Origin: Deltaproteobacteria bacterium
GTDB lineage: Bacteria > Desulfobacterota > Desulfobulbia > Desulfobulbales > Desulfurivibrionaceae
Length of the DNA: 64,000 nucleotides
NCBI GenBank assembly: GCA_021811385.1
Contig: JAJZPC010000003.1
Span: 3,263 to 67,262 of the forward strand
Reading direction: 5' to 3'
Translations under genes and position numbers: made by a program
Notes under the pieces: generated by a model
The model's database searches: none
What the model saw: only the letters and a program-made list of their open reading frames with translations
What the model was told of the DNA's origin: nothing
In this document: in pieces, positions 46,462 to 56,270 of the stretch
How positions within the stretch are numbered: position 1 is the stretch's first letter
How the letters are laid out: the number at the start of each line of letters is the position of its first letter

Positions 46462-47447
46462 CCGATTGCCTCAAGAAGTTCGGCGGTGGAGGCGGTGGCC
46501 GTGCCCACCTTGCCTACGACGATGCCCGCGGCGAAATTGGCGATGGTGGCGGCGTCGGCAGCGGTCAGGCCGACGGCCAAGCCCAGGGCCAGGGTGGCGA
46601 TCACCGTGTCCCCTGCGCCGGTGACATCGTACACCTCCTTGGCCATGGTGGGGATGGTGAACAGGGGCTGGTTCTTTTCGTACAGGGCCATGCCCGCCTC
46701 GCCCCTGGTGATGAGGACCGCGTCGCTGGCCAGCTTTTTCTGCAGGAGGTGGGCTGCGGTTTGCAGGTCTTCCTCGGTTTTGATCACCATGTCGGCCATG
46801 CGCTCGGCTTCGTGCAGGTTGGGGGTGATGATGGTGGCGCCGAGGAACCGTTCCGGATGCTGGGGCTTGGGATCGATGATCAGCGGGATGTTCCGTTTTT
46901 TGAGCCGGGTTCGCAGATGGTCCATCAGGGGCAGGTTGATCATGCCCTTGTTGTAGTCGGAGACGATGACCGCGTTAAAGCTCTCCAGGTGGTCGTCGAT
47001 GAAGCGGCAGATCTCGGTCAGCCGCTCCGGGCTCGGTTCCCCGGTTTTTTCGCGGTCGAAGCGAACCACCTGCTGATGCTGGGCCACGATCCTGGTCTTG
47101 AGGGTGGTGGGGCGGTTTGCGGTGCGGACGATGCCGGCGGTGGGCGAGCCGAGCTCCGCCAGCAACCCCAGGAGATGGTCGCCCATGGCGTCGTTGCCGA
47201 TCAAGCCGCAGAGGGATGCCCGGCTGTTCTGGGCATAGATGTTGTGCAGGACATTGGCCGCTCCGCCCAAAAGCAGGTTTTCGTGGGTGACATCCACCAC
47301 CGGCACCGGCGCTTCCGGGGAGATCCGGGAAACCGAACCCCAGATGAAGTGATCGACAATGATGTCGCCGAGCACCAGGATATTGGCGGAACTGAATTTG
47401 CCGACAGCATCGCGCAGCTGTTTTTTCTTTGTGCTGGATAGGGTCAC
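46458..47447 (-). CDS. rfaE1: D-glycero-beta-D-manno-heptose-7-phosphate kinase
   Basis: RISPEAPVPVV, GGAANV, SDYNKG, TPNLHEA, DVTGAGDTV; probable GTG start. Confidence 0.93.
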   Translation of the reverse strand: MTLSSTKKKQLRDAVGKFSSANILVLGDIIVDHFIWGSVSRISPEAPVPVVDVTHENLLLGGAANVLHNIYAQNSRASLCGLIGNDAMGDHLLGLLAELGSPTAGIVRTANRPTTLKTRIVAQHQQVVRFDREKTGEPSPERLTEICRFIDDHLESFNAVIVSDYNKGMINLPLMDHLRTRLKKRNIPLIIDPKPQHPERFLGATIITPNLHEAERMADMVIKTEEDLQTAAHLLQKKLASDAVLITRGEAGMALYEKNQPLFTIPTMAKEVYDVTGAGDTVIATLALGLAVGLTAADAATIANFAAGIVVGKVGTATASTAELLEAIG

Positions 47448-47591
47448 GGACCGGCTCCCGGGGTCAGGTTGCGAAAGTAGGCACGGCTGGGGCAACAGGG
47501 CGCAACCAGCCGGAAGGATACAAGAAACGCAATTATAGACCGCTTGGGAGCCATGGGCAAGCAAAGAATGTCCGCAAGTCCTTCTCGTTTG

Positions 47592-49574
47592 TTACAAAGC
47601 GACCCGGACCGGGAGAATGACCGTGGTCAGGTTGTCGCATTGCAGGCGGCGCTGGATCGCAAAGGCGGTCTCGTTGTGCAGGATGCGGTGGTAGAATTTC
47701 TCCAGGCAGAAGGTGAGCTGGCCGGTGAATACGGTGGACTTGGGAAATTCCCGGGAAATCTCCCGGCAGAGGGTGGTCGCCCCTTCCACCACGTCGGTGG
47801 CCACCAGCATCCGCTGGTCGGCGGCGAAACCGAGCCTTCGGGCCAGGGTCACGTAATTTCGCAGGGAGGCGGCGGTGGATTTTTCCAGGGCCGTGATCTC
47901 GTCCGCGCCCTTGAACGATCCGGAATCGATGACCGCCACCGAGACGAAGATGATATTTTTGTAGGTGTCCGGAAAATTCTTGATGATCGAAAAAAGCGCA
48001 TTGATCCCGAAGCCGCTGTAGGAGGAGACCAGCTGGATCGCGGTCGGCGCCTCCGGGCTGGGAACAGCGTTGTTGGCCGGGCCTGGGGTGGGGAAGGCGA
48101 GCAGGGTCTCGTCAAGATCGGTCATGCCCTGGCGGACCTTGAGATAATGGTTGCGGATCCGGGTGCAGCCGACGATGACCAGGGAGGTGATGAGGAAGGT
48201 GACCCAGCCGCCTTCGGTGAATTTTTCGTAGGTGGTTATGGTCAGGATCGTCAGGCAGAGGACAAAGGCCACCGCGTGGATGCTCAGATGCCGCCGCCAC
48301 TGCCGGTCTTCCTGCCGCCGCTTGATGTAGAACAGCGACATGCCGAGCTGGGACAGGGAAAAGGTGACGAAAACATTGATGGAGTACATGACCACCAGGG
48401 CGGAAACCGAGCCATGGCTGTAAAGCAGCAGGCCGACGGCGGCAAGGCTCATCAGGACGATGCCGTTGTGCATGGTGAGCCGCTCGGAAAGGGCGGCAAA
48501 GCGGTGGGGGAGCCAGGAATCCACCGCCATGTTCGCCATGACCCTCGGCCCATCGACGAATCCGGCCTGGGCCGCGACCAGGAGCAGGGCGCCTTCCGAG
48601 AAGATGGTGATAAAGGCAAGGGTGTGCCCCATGGGCCAGTCGGCGAACAGGGTGTCGGCAAGCACTGCGTTCAGGGTTTTTCCGGTCACCGGCATAACCC
48701 CGACCAGCGCGTAGCAGAGAAACAGCACCCCGGCGGTGAAGGCCAGCGAGGTGGCCATGTAGAGCATGGTCCGCTTGCCGGTCTTGACCCTGGGTTCGCG
48801 CATGATCTGGATGCCGTTGGACACCGCCTCGATCCCGGTGTAGGTGCCGCCGCCCAGCGAGTAGGCCCGAAAGAAAAGCATCAGGATTCCGAAAAGACCG
48901 ATGCTGGACATGTCCTGTCGCAACCCGCTTTGGAAGTTCTGCGCCAGCGGACCGAACTGGTCGGTGTGGCTGAAGATGCCGTCCAGCAGGAGCAAAAGAT
49001 GGGTGGCCACGAAGACCATGAAAATGGGGGCCATGATCGAGATAGACTCCTTGACCCCGCGCAGGTTGAGAATACTGAGCATCAGGATCAGGAAGCAGGC
49101 GACCGGCACCTTGAAGTGGTGAAAATGGAGGGGGAGATAGCTGAAGAGCGCATCCGCGCAGGAGGCCACGGAGATGGTGATGGTGAGGACGTAATCCACC
49201 AGCAGGGCGCTGCCGGAAACCACGCCCGCTTTTTTCCCCAGCATGTGGGTGGAGACGATGTAGCCTCCGCCGCCGTGGGGGAAATGTTCGATGATCCGAG
49301 AATATCCGGCGGAGATGATAAAGACGGTGAAGGCCGTGGCCAGGCCGAGCAGGATCGCCAGATAGGTGTGGCTGCCCAGGGCGCGGAACGCCTCCTCCGG
49401 GCCGTAGGCCGAGGAGGAAAGTCCGTCGGCGCCGAGGCCGACCCAGGCCAGAACCGGGATCAGCGACATCTTGTGAAACAGTTGGGGATCTTTGATGTAC
49501 TTGGGTGCGCCAAGGATTATCCGGCTGATTTTCTGGACGGAATTCTCCCGCGTTCCCGGTTGCTCAGGCTGCAT
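47592..49574 (-). CDS. APC-family permease, KimA/YdaO-like K+ transporter
   Basis: DGLSSSAYGPEE, GGGGY, DYVLT, NLRGVKES, TGIEAVSNG, VF-TFSLSQ-GM; riboswitch upstream. Confidence 0.88.
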   Translation of the reverse strand: MQPEQPGTRENSVQKISRIILGAPKYIKDPQLFHKMSLIPVLAWVGLGADGLSSSAYGPEEAFRALGSHTYLAILLGLATAFTVFIISAGYSRIIEHFPHGGGGYIVSTHMLGKKAGVVSGSALLVDYVLTITISVASCADALFSYLPLHFHHFKVPVACFLILMLSILNLRGVKESISIMAPIFMVFVATHLLLLLDGIFSHTDQFGPLAQNFQSGLRQDMSSIGLFGILMLFFRAYSLGGGTYTGIEAVSNGIQIMREPRVKTGKRTMLYMATSLAFTAGVLFLCYALVGVMPVTGKTLNAVLADTLFADWPMGHTLAFITIFSEGALLLVAAQAGFVDGPRVMANMAVDSWLPHRFAALSERLTMHNGIVLMSLAAVGLLLYSHGSVSALVVMYSINVFVTFSLSQLGMSLFYIKRRQEDRQWRRHLSIHAVAFVLCLTILTITTYEKFTEGGWVTFLITSLVIVGCTRIRNHYLKVRQGMTDLDETLLAFPTPGPANNAVPSPEAPTAIQLVSSYSGFGINALFSIIKNFPDTYKNIIFVSVAVIDSGSFKGADEITALEKSTAASLRNYVTLARRLGFAADQRMLVATDVVEGATTLCREISREFPKSTVFTGQLTFCLEKFYHRILHNETAFAIQRRLQCDNLTTVILPVRVAL

Positions 49575-49674
49575 GGCATTCTCCTCGATGTGTTGTATCA
49601 AGGGCCTGGTCGAGCGAGGGGGACGCGTCCGGTGTTGCGGCGGCGCGCGCTCAAAGCGGACCATTGCCCATCCA

Positions 49675-49790
49675 AATGCCTACGAGGTTAGCTGTCGGGC
49701 TCGGGCTTGGAAGTGCCCTATCCGGTTAAGGAATACGCCCCATGATCTGGGTCCCCCGCATCCGTTTTTGGCAACGGATCTCGGCTACAA
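49675..49790 (-). ncRNA. c-di-AMP (ydaO/yuaA) riboswitch
   Basis: Minus strand GCCGAGATCC...GCGGGGGACCC...TGGGGCGTAT...AGGG...CCCGAGCCCGACAGCTAACCTCGTAGGC matches the ydaO consensus; 5' of the KimA-like gene. Confidence 0.9.
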
Positions 49791-49948
49791 TGTTGGGCAC
49801 GACAATAGCGCGTTTGGATGTTTTGTCAAGGGGGTTGTGGTGTGGAGGTGTCGCCCCCAAAAAAAGGCCCTGCCGGGGATGGTTCCGGCAGGGCCTTGCA
49901 CAACAAAACAGCCGCAGGGGGGGCGGCTGTTTCTTAAGGAGCAGCGGA

Positions 49949-51265
49949 TTAGTCCGTGATCACGCACTTGCCCTGTTCGCATTCCACGTCGGCGATCAGG
50001 AAACGGCTCTTGATTCCTGCCTTGTCCAGGGCGTTCTTGGCCATTTCCGCCCGGGCCCCGGTGGTGCAGTGGATCAGCATCTCCTTGCCCTTGGGCAGTT
50101 CGCCGACCCGTTTTTCGATCTCGTCCAAGGGGATGGAGATGGAGTTCTTGAAAGCGCCGCCCTGTACTTCATCCTTGGTGCGGACATCGAGGATGACCTG
50201 ATTGGTGCTGCCGTCCATGGCTTTTTTAAACTCAGCCACGCCGACCTCGCCCTTGCCCATCTGCCGTACCCAGGTGATGGCGGCAGGGGTGGGGCCGGTG
50301 GCCAGCTTATTGCCCTTGGCCGTCCAGGATTTTTCGCCGCCCGGCCAGATGGAGATCGTCTTGACGCCCCATTTCTTGATCATGTTGTAGCCTTTCTGCG
50401 CCTCGACAAAGGAGTTGGCGTAGACCACGGTGGGAGCCTTGATCGGGAATCCATCCTCCTTTGCGGCCAGCGAGGCCATGGGGATGTTGTGCGCTTTGGG
50501 GATATGGCCTGCCTCGTACTCCTCCTTGGAGCGCAGGTCAATGAGGACGATGTTGCCTGTCTGGACAAATTTTTCCGAGGCGGTCATGCTCTTGCCCGCC
50601 TTTTTCCAGCCGGGGGCGCCTTCAAGCATGACATGCAGGTTGGTGTAGCCCATGTTTTTCGCCATGGCCGCCGAGTTGGGGCTCATGCCGCAGGTGGGGC
50701 CGCCGCAGTAAAAGATGAGCTGGGTGTTGTTGAGCTTTGCGTCGCCGGGCAGCGAGGCTGCGCCGGTTTCCTTCAATACGGTCTCGGGGATGGAGATGGC
50801 GGTGGGGATATGCCCCTCATGGTAGCGCGGCGCCGGCCTGGAATCGATCAGCACGTACTTGCCCTCATCCGGACCCATGGCGATGAGCTTGGCCAGCTCA
50901 TCGGTCTTGATCTCTTTTATCCCTTCCGGCAGACTGACCAGCTTCGGCTTGATGCTGGTGGCGAACCTGTCGCTGCCGCGCATCTCAAACTGGATGATCG
51001 AGGCCTCGCCCTCCACCGCGTGCTCGATGCCCGCGGTTTTGTCATCGAATTTGACGAATTCGTTCTTGCCCCCCACCTCGATGGTGATGGTCTTGGCCTT
51101 GTTGGATTTGCCGGTGACCTTGCCGGCAAAGGTGTTGGCGCTCTGGGCCGCCTGCGGGGCAGGATCCGCGGCAAGGGCCAAGGAGCCGGAGAGGGTGGGG
51201 CCGCTTACCAGAAGCCCGGTAAACAGCAGGAATGGAATCCATTTGCGCAATTGTTTGTTCTGCAT
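49949..51265 (-). CDS. exported multi-rhodanese sulfurtransferase (N-terminal OB-like domain plus 3 rhodanese domains)
   Basis: Signal peptide; IDSRP..Y..GHIPTA with FYCGGPTC; IDLR..GHIPKA without Cys; LDVR...HCTTGARA. Confidence 0.88.
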   Translation of the reverse strand: MQNKQLRKWIPFLLFTGLLVSGPTLSGSLALAADPAPQAAQSANTFAGKVTGKSNKAKTITIEVGGKNEFVKFDDKTAGIEHAVEGEASIIQFEMRGSDRFATSIKPKLVSLPEGIKEIKTDELAKLIAMGPDEGKYVLIDSRPAPRYHEGHIPTAISIPETVLKETGAASLPGDAKLNNTQLIFYCGGPTCGMSPNSAAMAKNMGYTNLHVMLEGAPGWKKAGKSMTASEKFVQTGNIVLIDLRSKEEYEAGHIPKAHNIPMASLAAKEDGFPIKAPTVVYANSFVEAQKGYNMIKKWGVKTISIWPGGEKSWTAKGNKLATGPTPAAITWVRQMGKGEVGVAEFKKAMDGSTNQVILDVRTKDEVQGGAFKNSISIPLDEIEKRVGELPKGKEMLIHCTTGARAEMAKNALDKAGIKSRFLIADVECEQGKCVITD

Positions 51266-51291
51266 GATCGTTCTCCTTGAAAAAGTGATGA

Positions 51292-51753
51292 TTATCCGGG
51301 TTGGTTCGCGGTGCGCTCTGCGCTGGTTTTTTCTGATTTCCTCCCTGATTGGTATCCGTCTTGTGATGCCGGCCGGTCCAGAGCGTTGTGCACGCTCCGG
51401 AGCAAGGTTTCCGGTTCGAAGGGTTTTGTGATGCAGGTCAGGCAACCGTGCTGTATCAAGACATCGGCCGCCTGATCGTGGATCTCTTCCGCCAGGACGA
51501 GGTAGGGGATGGCAAGGGTGCTGGCGGACAGGGCATGCATGAAGGCGCGACACGCTTCCAGCGAGGCCGACTCCAGGTCAACGATCAGCAGGTCGACCCC
51601 CTCCACGGTGTTGGTCAAGGTCTTGGCCAGGGCCAGGGCCTCTCCCGTGCTCCCGGCAAGGCTCACCCGGTACTCCGCCTGCTTGAGCATGAGGCTGAGG
51701 CTGTGTTGCAGGTTGGGCCTGCCTTCGGCGAGGAGGATGTGTCGGGTGGCCAT
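51292..51753 (-). CDS. single-domain response regulator receiver (atypical)
   Basis: ILLAE, DLLIVD, ITKPF. Confidence 0.8.
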   Translation of the reverse strand: MATRHILLAEGRPNLQHSLSLMLKQAEYRVSLAGSTGEALALAKTLTNTVEGVDLLIVDLESASLEACRAFMHALSASTLAIPYLVLAEEIHDQAADVLIQHGCLTCITKPFEPETLLRSVHNALDRPASQDGYQSGRKSEKTSAERTANQPG

Positions 51754-51816
51754 GGGTTCGCGGGTGTAAAGTTATTTTGCTTAAAAACGGCGCTGTCGAT
51801 GATGCCCCCTGATAAA

Positions 51817-51832
51817 AGCAAGATGGGTGCCA
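51817..51832 (-). promoter_or_regulatory. sigma54 -24/-12 promoter
   Basis: TGGCAC-CCATC-TTGCT on the minus strand upstream of the receiver and rhodanese genes. Confidence 0.8.
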
Positions 51833-51959
51833 GGGGCTGTTTGGGAGGCGTATCTGTCTGAAATAGTTATTGATGTTGCGCGTGGCAGAGGGGGGATGTT
51901 TCGGGGAGGGGTGCAATAAGATTTGCGCTGGGGCTTACAGCTTAGGGCTGACGGCGGTT

Positions 51960-53381
51960 TTATTCCTCCCGGTCCGCCTGTTTGAGCCGCCAGTTGAGGG
52001 CCTGCCGGGTGATGCCGAGCATCTCCGCGGCAATGGCCTGGTTGCCCTTGGCCCGGTTCAGCGCCTCCAACACCAGGAGGTAGCCGGCCTCCCTGATGGA
52101 GGGGAGTTGGATCAGATCGGCAAACGGAGTCCGGGTTTCGGGATGCCGTTTGACCTCCTCTTCCAGATTGGGCCGTCTGAGCCGGAGATACTCCTTGAAG
52201 GAATCCATGGACAGGGTGCGGTTCTTGTGGGTGCTTACGGCATCAAAAACCATGTTCTTGAGTTCCCGGACATTGCCGGGGAAATCGTAGGTGCCCAGCA
52301 GGGAGATGAGCTCCTTGGGAAAGGCCGGCTTCTTCTTGTTGAGCCGGGCCGCACCCTCCTCGAAGAAATGATCGACCAGCAGGGGCAGGTCGTCGAGCCG
52401 TTCCCTTAAGGGAGGGATATGGATGCGGTGGGCATGGAGCCGGTAGTAGAGATCCTTGCGGAACACGCCGTTTTCCTGCATCTCCTGGAGGTTCTGGTGG
52501 GTGGCGAAGATCATCCGGCAATCGGTGCGCTTGGGAAGGTCCGAGCCCAGGGGCAGATACTCCCGTTCTTGAAGAAGGCGGAGGAGCTTGGTCTGCGAAA
52601 GCTGGGAGAGATCGCCGATTTCATCCAAAAACAGGGTGCCCCCTCCGGCCTGCTCGATGAGCCCCCGCCGGGTCTGGTCGGCCCCGGTGAAGGCGCCTTT
52701 TCTGTGGCCGAACAGGGTGTCGGCGAACATGGTGTCGTCAAGCCCCGCCACATTGACCGGGATAAACTCGCCTTTGCGGTTGCTCAGCACATGCAGGGCC
52801 TGGGCGATGAGTTCCTTGCCCACCCCGGTTTCGCCGGAGATCAGCACCGGCTCGCTGGTGTCGGCGATGGACTCCATGTACTGGAAGATGGAGCGCATCC
52901 CCTTGTTGTGGGTGGTGATCCGGCTGAAGGCCTCGGGACGGTCCAATTTATCCTTGAGGAAATGCTCCTTGAGCAGGTCGTTTTCCTGGCGCAACCGGCT
53001 GAGATCAACGGCCCGCCGCACCCCGGCGATGAGGCGGGTCTCCTCGCTGACCTTGGTGTAGTAGTCAAAGGCTCCGAGCTTCATGCACCGTACCGCGGTG
53101 TCCACCAGATCGAGGCCGGTGATGATGATCACCGGAATCTGCGGGTGTTCGCGCACGATCCGCGGCAGCAGCTCTTCCCCGGAGAGGTGGGGCATGGTGA
53201 GATCAAGGACGATCACCCCCACCTCCTCGTTGGCCAGGATATCCATGACCGTGCGGCTGTCGGCGCAGCAGCGGATATTGCTGAGTCCCACGGAGCGCAG
53301 GGTCAGGCTGAAGCTGTGCAGCCATGCCTCTTCATCGTCAACCAGCAGGATGGGGCGAAACGGGGAGAGCTGTTTGTCCAT
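51960..53381 (-). CDS. NtrC-family sigma54-dependent response regulator
   Basis: Receiver, GETGVGKE, GAFTGA, LFLDEIG, FPGNVREL, Fis HTH. Confidence 0.95.
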   Translation of the reverse strand: MDKQLSPFRPILLVDDEEAWLHSFSLTLRSVGLSNIRCCADSRTVMDILANEEVGVIVLDLTMPHLSGEELLPRIVREHPQIPVIIITGLDLVDTAVRCMKLGAFDYYTKVSEETRLIAGVRRAVDLSRLRQENDLLKEHFLKDKLDRPEAFSRITTHNKGMRSIFQYMESIADTSEPVLISGETGVGKELIAQALHVLSNRKGEFIPVNVAGLDDTMFADTLFGHRKGAFTGADQTRRGLIEQAGGGTLFLDEIGDLSQLSQTKLLRLLQEREYLPLGSDLPKRTDCRMIFATHQNLQEMQENGVFRKDLYYRLHAHRIHIPPLRERLDDLPLLVDHFFEEGAARLNKKKPAFPKELISLLGTYDFPGNVRELKNMVFDAVSTHKNRTLSMDSFKEYLRLRRPNLEEEVKRHPETRTPFADLIQLPSIREAGYLLVLEALNRAKGNQAIAAEMLGITRQALNWRLKQADREE

Positions 53382-53441
53382 AGGGAAAATCCTCCAGAGA
53401 TTTCCTGGCAGGCGCGGGGCCAGGGCGTGTCGGTGCTTAGC

Positions 53442-55808
53442 CTACCCGGCTTGCGTTGTTTTGTCATCCGGCTTTGGTGGGGCGGGAACCTCCGCGGCTC
53501 CCCGCCAGACCGGAAAGGAGATGGTCGCGGTGGTGCCCGTCTCCGGGCTTGAGGCAAACCGCAGCCTGCCCTGATGTTCCTTGATGATCCCGGCGGACAC
53601 CGAAAGGCCCAGGCCGGTGCCGCCGTATGACCGTTTGGTGGTGAAGAACGGATCGGTGATTTGGTTGATGATCTCCGCACCGATCCCGGTTCCCTGGTCG
53701 TGGACGCGCACCTCCACCTCATCGTTGTCCGCATCATAACGCGAGGCGATGCTGATGGCGCCGTCCTGGTCGGCAAGGGCCTCGCAGCTGTTCTGGATCA
53801 GGTTGATCAGCACCTGTTCCAGCCGTTGCCGGTTGCCCCGGATGGGCGGCAGGTCCGGGGCCAGATCGGTGCTGAAATTCTTGGTGGCGTTCTTGATCTT
53901 GTTGTGGTTGAGGCGCACCGCCGCATTGGCGATCTCGTTGATTTCCACCGGTTCCATGTGGCGGGTGGTGTCTTGCCGGGCATAGTCCTTGAGGTCGTGG
54001 ACGATGTTTTTGATGCGCCGGGCGCTTTCCTCCAACTCCAGGAAAAGGCGGGGGATCTGTTCGCACATCTCGCTGTATTGCAGGCCGGCGATGAGGAAGT
54101 CGCCGTTTTCCCGGTAGTATTCGTCGAGGATCGGTTTGGCGCTTTCCCAGGCCCTGAAGAGCATGGCGGTGTTCAACATGGCGATGCTGTTGGGGTTGTT
54201 GATTTCATGGGCCACCCCGGAGATGAGCACCCCGAGCGAGATCATCTTGTCCGCCTGGATGAGCTGCTGCTGCTGAAGCCTGGTCTCGTCCTCGGATCGC
54301 CTGCGTTCGGTGATGTCCCGGATGATCCAGATGGAGTTCCACTGGTCCTTGATCCGGGCTTCGGAGAGGGAAAGTTCGATGGGCAGCTCGGTGCCGTCCT
54401 TGCGCCGGGTGATCAGCTCGATGGTCTCGCGGATGGGGCCGTCGCTCACCGGCCCTTCTTCCACCGCGCCCCGTTGGCCGGATTCGGAAAGACGCGGGGA
54501 GATCAGGGTGTGGATCGGCTTGCCCAGGGCCTCGGCGGCGGAAAAGCCGAAGATCTCGGCGGCGGCCTCGTTCCAGTAGGAGATATTGCCGCGGTGGTCC
54601 ATCATGGCGATGGCGTCCTGGGCCGAGGCGGTGAGGTTTCTGAACTTGTCCTCGCTCTGGCGCAGGTCCGCCTCCGCCTCCTGCTGTCTTGTCCTGGTGA
54701 TCGCATAGCGGCTGGCCAGGGTGGTGAGTTCCTCGGCCAGATTGACCACCTCCCGGGGGCCGGTCCAGCTGAATTGCACGTTTTCCTGCCCCTTGTTCAG
54801 GATGGAGTCCAGGCCGGTGAGAATGGCATCCTTGATCCGGTCGATTTTCCGGGCGATGGCGTTGGCAATGAGTGCGACGACGATGGCGATGCAGATCACG
54901 ATTCCGACGATGTTGTAGATCAGGGAAAGCTTCCACTCCCTGGCCGCGCTACGGTCCACGGGCGAACCGAGCCAGAGGGTCGGGGGGAGATTGTCGTTGA
55001 AGATGAGCGGCAGCCAGATAAGGCTTTGGCCGGAGTCGTTCTCCCAGACAAAGGGACGGTTATCCGCCATGCGCGGTGTCAGCCCGGAAAAGAGAGCAGG
55101 GAGGCCGGCGCCGGAGGTGATGGGGTGGGTCGGGTCCAGCTCGGGAAAAGCGGCGGGGACATGGACAACCACGCCATCAGGCGTTGTCCAGCAGGCATCT
55201 TCATGGGCATCCAGAAACAGGCCGGGGGCGATCTCCATGATGACCACGCCCTCGATCGCGCCGTCTGCGCCGGGAATCGGGGTGGCCAGACTCAGGCGGG
55301 GGGCGGCGGGATCGCTCTGCGCGCGGATCAGGAGCGTGTCGACCTCGGTTTCCTTGAGCGCCAGCCCTTTTGCGAACAGCGGGGCTTGGGCTTGTCCTGT
55401 ATTGTCGGTCAATTCGTCGGGGGCGATTTCCAGGGAATCACCATTCCGGCGCAGATGGATCAGTTGGTTGCCCGAGGCGTCAAGGAGCCGGAGCCCCAGG
55501 ATTATCTTTTCCGTCCCCATCTGGCCGACGAGCAGATCCACCAGCCGTTGGCGTCCGGCAGGGTCCAGGGATGCGGGATTGAGCCCCGCGGTCATGGGGG
55601 TGGCCGCCGCCTGGATGAGGCTTTTCCGGATGCATTTCACCCGGGCGTTGAGGGAGACAAAGCTGCTTTCGGCCCTGGCCACGGTCCGTTTTTTCTCCAC
55701 CGTTTCGTGCTGGTTGATGTGGGAACGGAGATTGACCCCGACCAGGGTGAGGATGGGCAGGATGCCAAGGGCAAGGAGGATGATGAAGATGATGGTCCGC
55801 AGTCGCAT
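53442..55808 (-). CDS. membrane PAS sensor histidine kinase
   Basis: Two TMs, PAS, GVAHEINNP, N/G1/F/G2 boxes. Confidence 0.93.
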   Translation of the reverse strand: MRLRTIIFIILLALGILPILTLVGVNLRSHINQHETVEKKRTVARAESSFVSLNARVKCIRKSLIQAAATPMTAGLNPASLDPAGRQRLVDLLVGQMGTEKIILGLRLLDASGNQLIHLRRNGDSLEIAPDELTDNTGQAQAPLFAKGLALKETEVDTLLIRAQSDPAAPRLSLATPIPGADGAIEGVVIMEIAPGLFLDAHEDACWTTPDGVVVHVPAAFPELDPTHPITSGAGLPALFSGLTPRMADNRPFVWENDSGQSLIWLPLIFNDNLPPTLWLGSPVDRSAAREWKLSLIYNIVGIVICIAIVVALIANAIARKIDRIKDAILTGLDSILNKGQENVQFSWTGPREVVNLAEELTTLASRYAITRTRQQEAEADLRQSEDKFRNLTASAQDAIAMMDHRGNISYWNEAAAEIFGFSAAEALGKPIHTLISPRLSESGQRGAVEEGPVSDGPIRETIELITRRKDGTELPIELSLSEARIKDQWNSIWIIRDITERRRSEDETRLQQQQLIQADKMISLGVLISGVAHEINNPNSIAMLNTAMLFRAWESAKPILDEYYRENGDFLIAGLQYSEMCEQIPRLFLELEESARRIKNIVHDLKDYARQDTTRHMEPVEINEIANAAVRLNHNKIKNATKNFSTDLAPDLPPIRGNRQRLEQVLINLIQNSCEALADQDGAISIASRYDADNDEVEVRVHDQGTGIGAEIINQITDPFFTTKRSYGGTGLGLSVSAGIIKEHQGRLRFASSPETGTTATISFPVWRGAAEVPAPPKPDDKTTQAG

Positions 55809-55891
55809 GGCATGCCTTGGCTATGGGATATTATTGCCTGATCCTGGTTTTCTGGTAGAAAGTAAATATTCTTCAACGGAGGGATAGTAGC

Positions 55892-56152
55892 ATGAAAGAC
55901 ATTTTGATTGCAATCACCGGGGCGGATCTTGATTTTGAAACGGCCCGGAGCATGGCCAGGATTATGGCCATGCAAGAGAATGGGGAGACCGATTGCCTCG
56001 CCTGGCTGGATGCCCGGCAGGGGAGGCAATCGCCCGCTGCCGTGCAATGCGAGATCAAGGGGAGGCCGGGCTGGGAGGTGTATGGCGAGAACCACGGCGG
56101 CCGGTTGAAGATCATCTTCAACGACGGGGAGTATGTGTTCATCCATGGTTGA
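55892..56152 (+). CDS. AF1514-family small protein
   Basis: LDFETA, LAW-D, SP-x3-C-x4-PGWEVYG-NHGG-L-I-x-NDG-YVF. Confidence 0.75.
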   Translation: MKDILIAITGADLDFETARSMARIMAMQENGETDCLAWLDARQGRQSPAAVQCEIKGRPGWEVYGENHGGRLKIIFNDGEYVFIHG

Positions 56153-56170
56153 CGGCTTTGGGAAAGGGAG

Positions 56171-56245
56171 CCCTTCGACAGGGCGAGCGGTAGTTGCCTT
56201 GAAATCATTGACTTGTTCCGTTTGTGCCGAGCCATGTCGAAGCAC
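56171..56245. repeat. REP-like CTTCGACA...TGTCGAAG inverted repeat
   Basis: CCCTTCGACAGGGCG ... GCCATGTCGAAGCAC between convergent genes. Confidence 0.5.
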
Positions 56246-56270
56246 CGCAGCGCCATCATGATGGTCAGGC

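Noticed and set aside
47544-49691. 715-aa + strand ORF (likewise 53661-55841, 49742-51280, 45496-46956, 6399-7736, 270-1436)
   Set aside because: Antisense shadows of well-supported genes, expected with high GC3; no motifs
50680-50720. Selenocysteine in the rhodanese active loop
   Set aside because: CGGPTC is encoded by ordinary Cys codons, with no in-frame TGA
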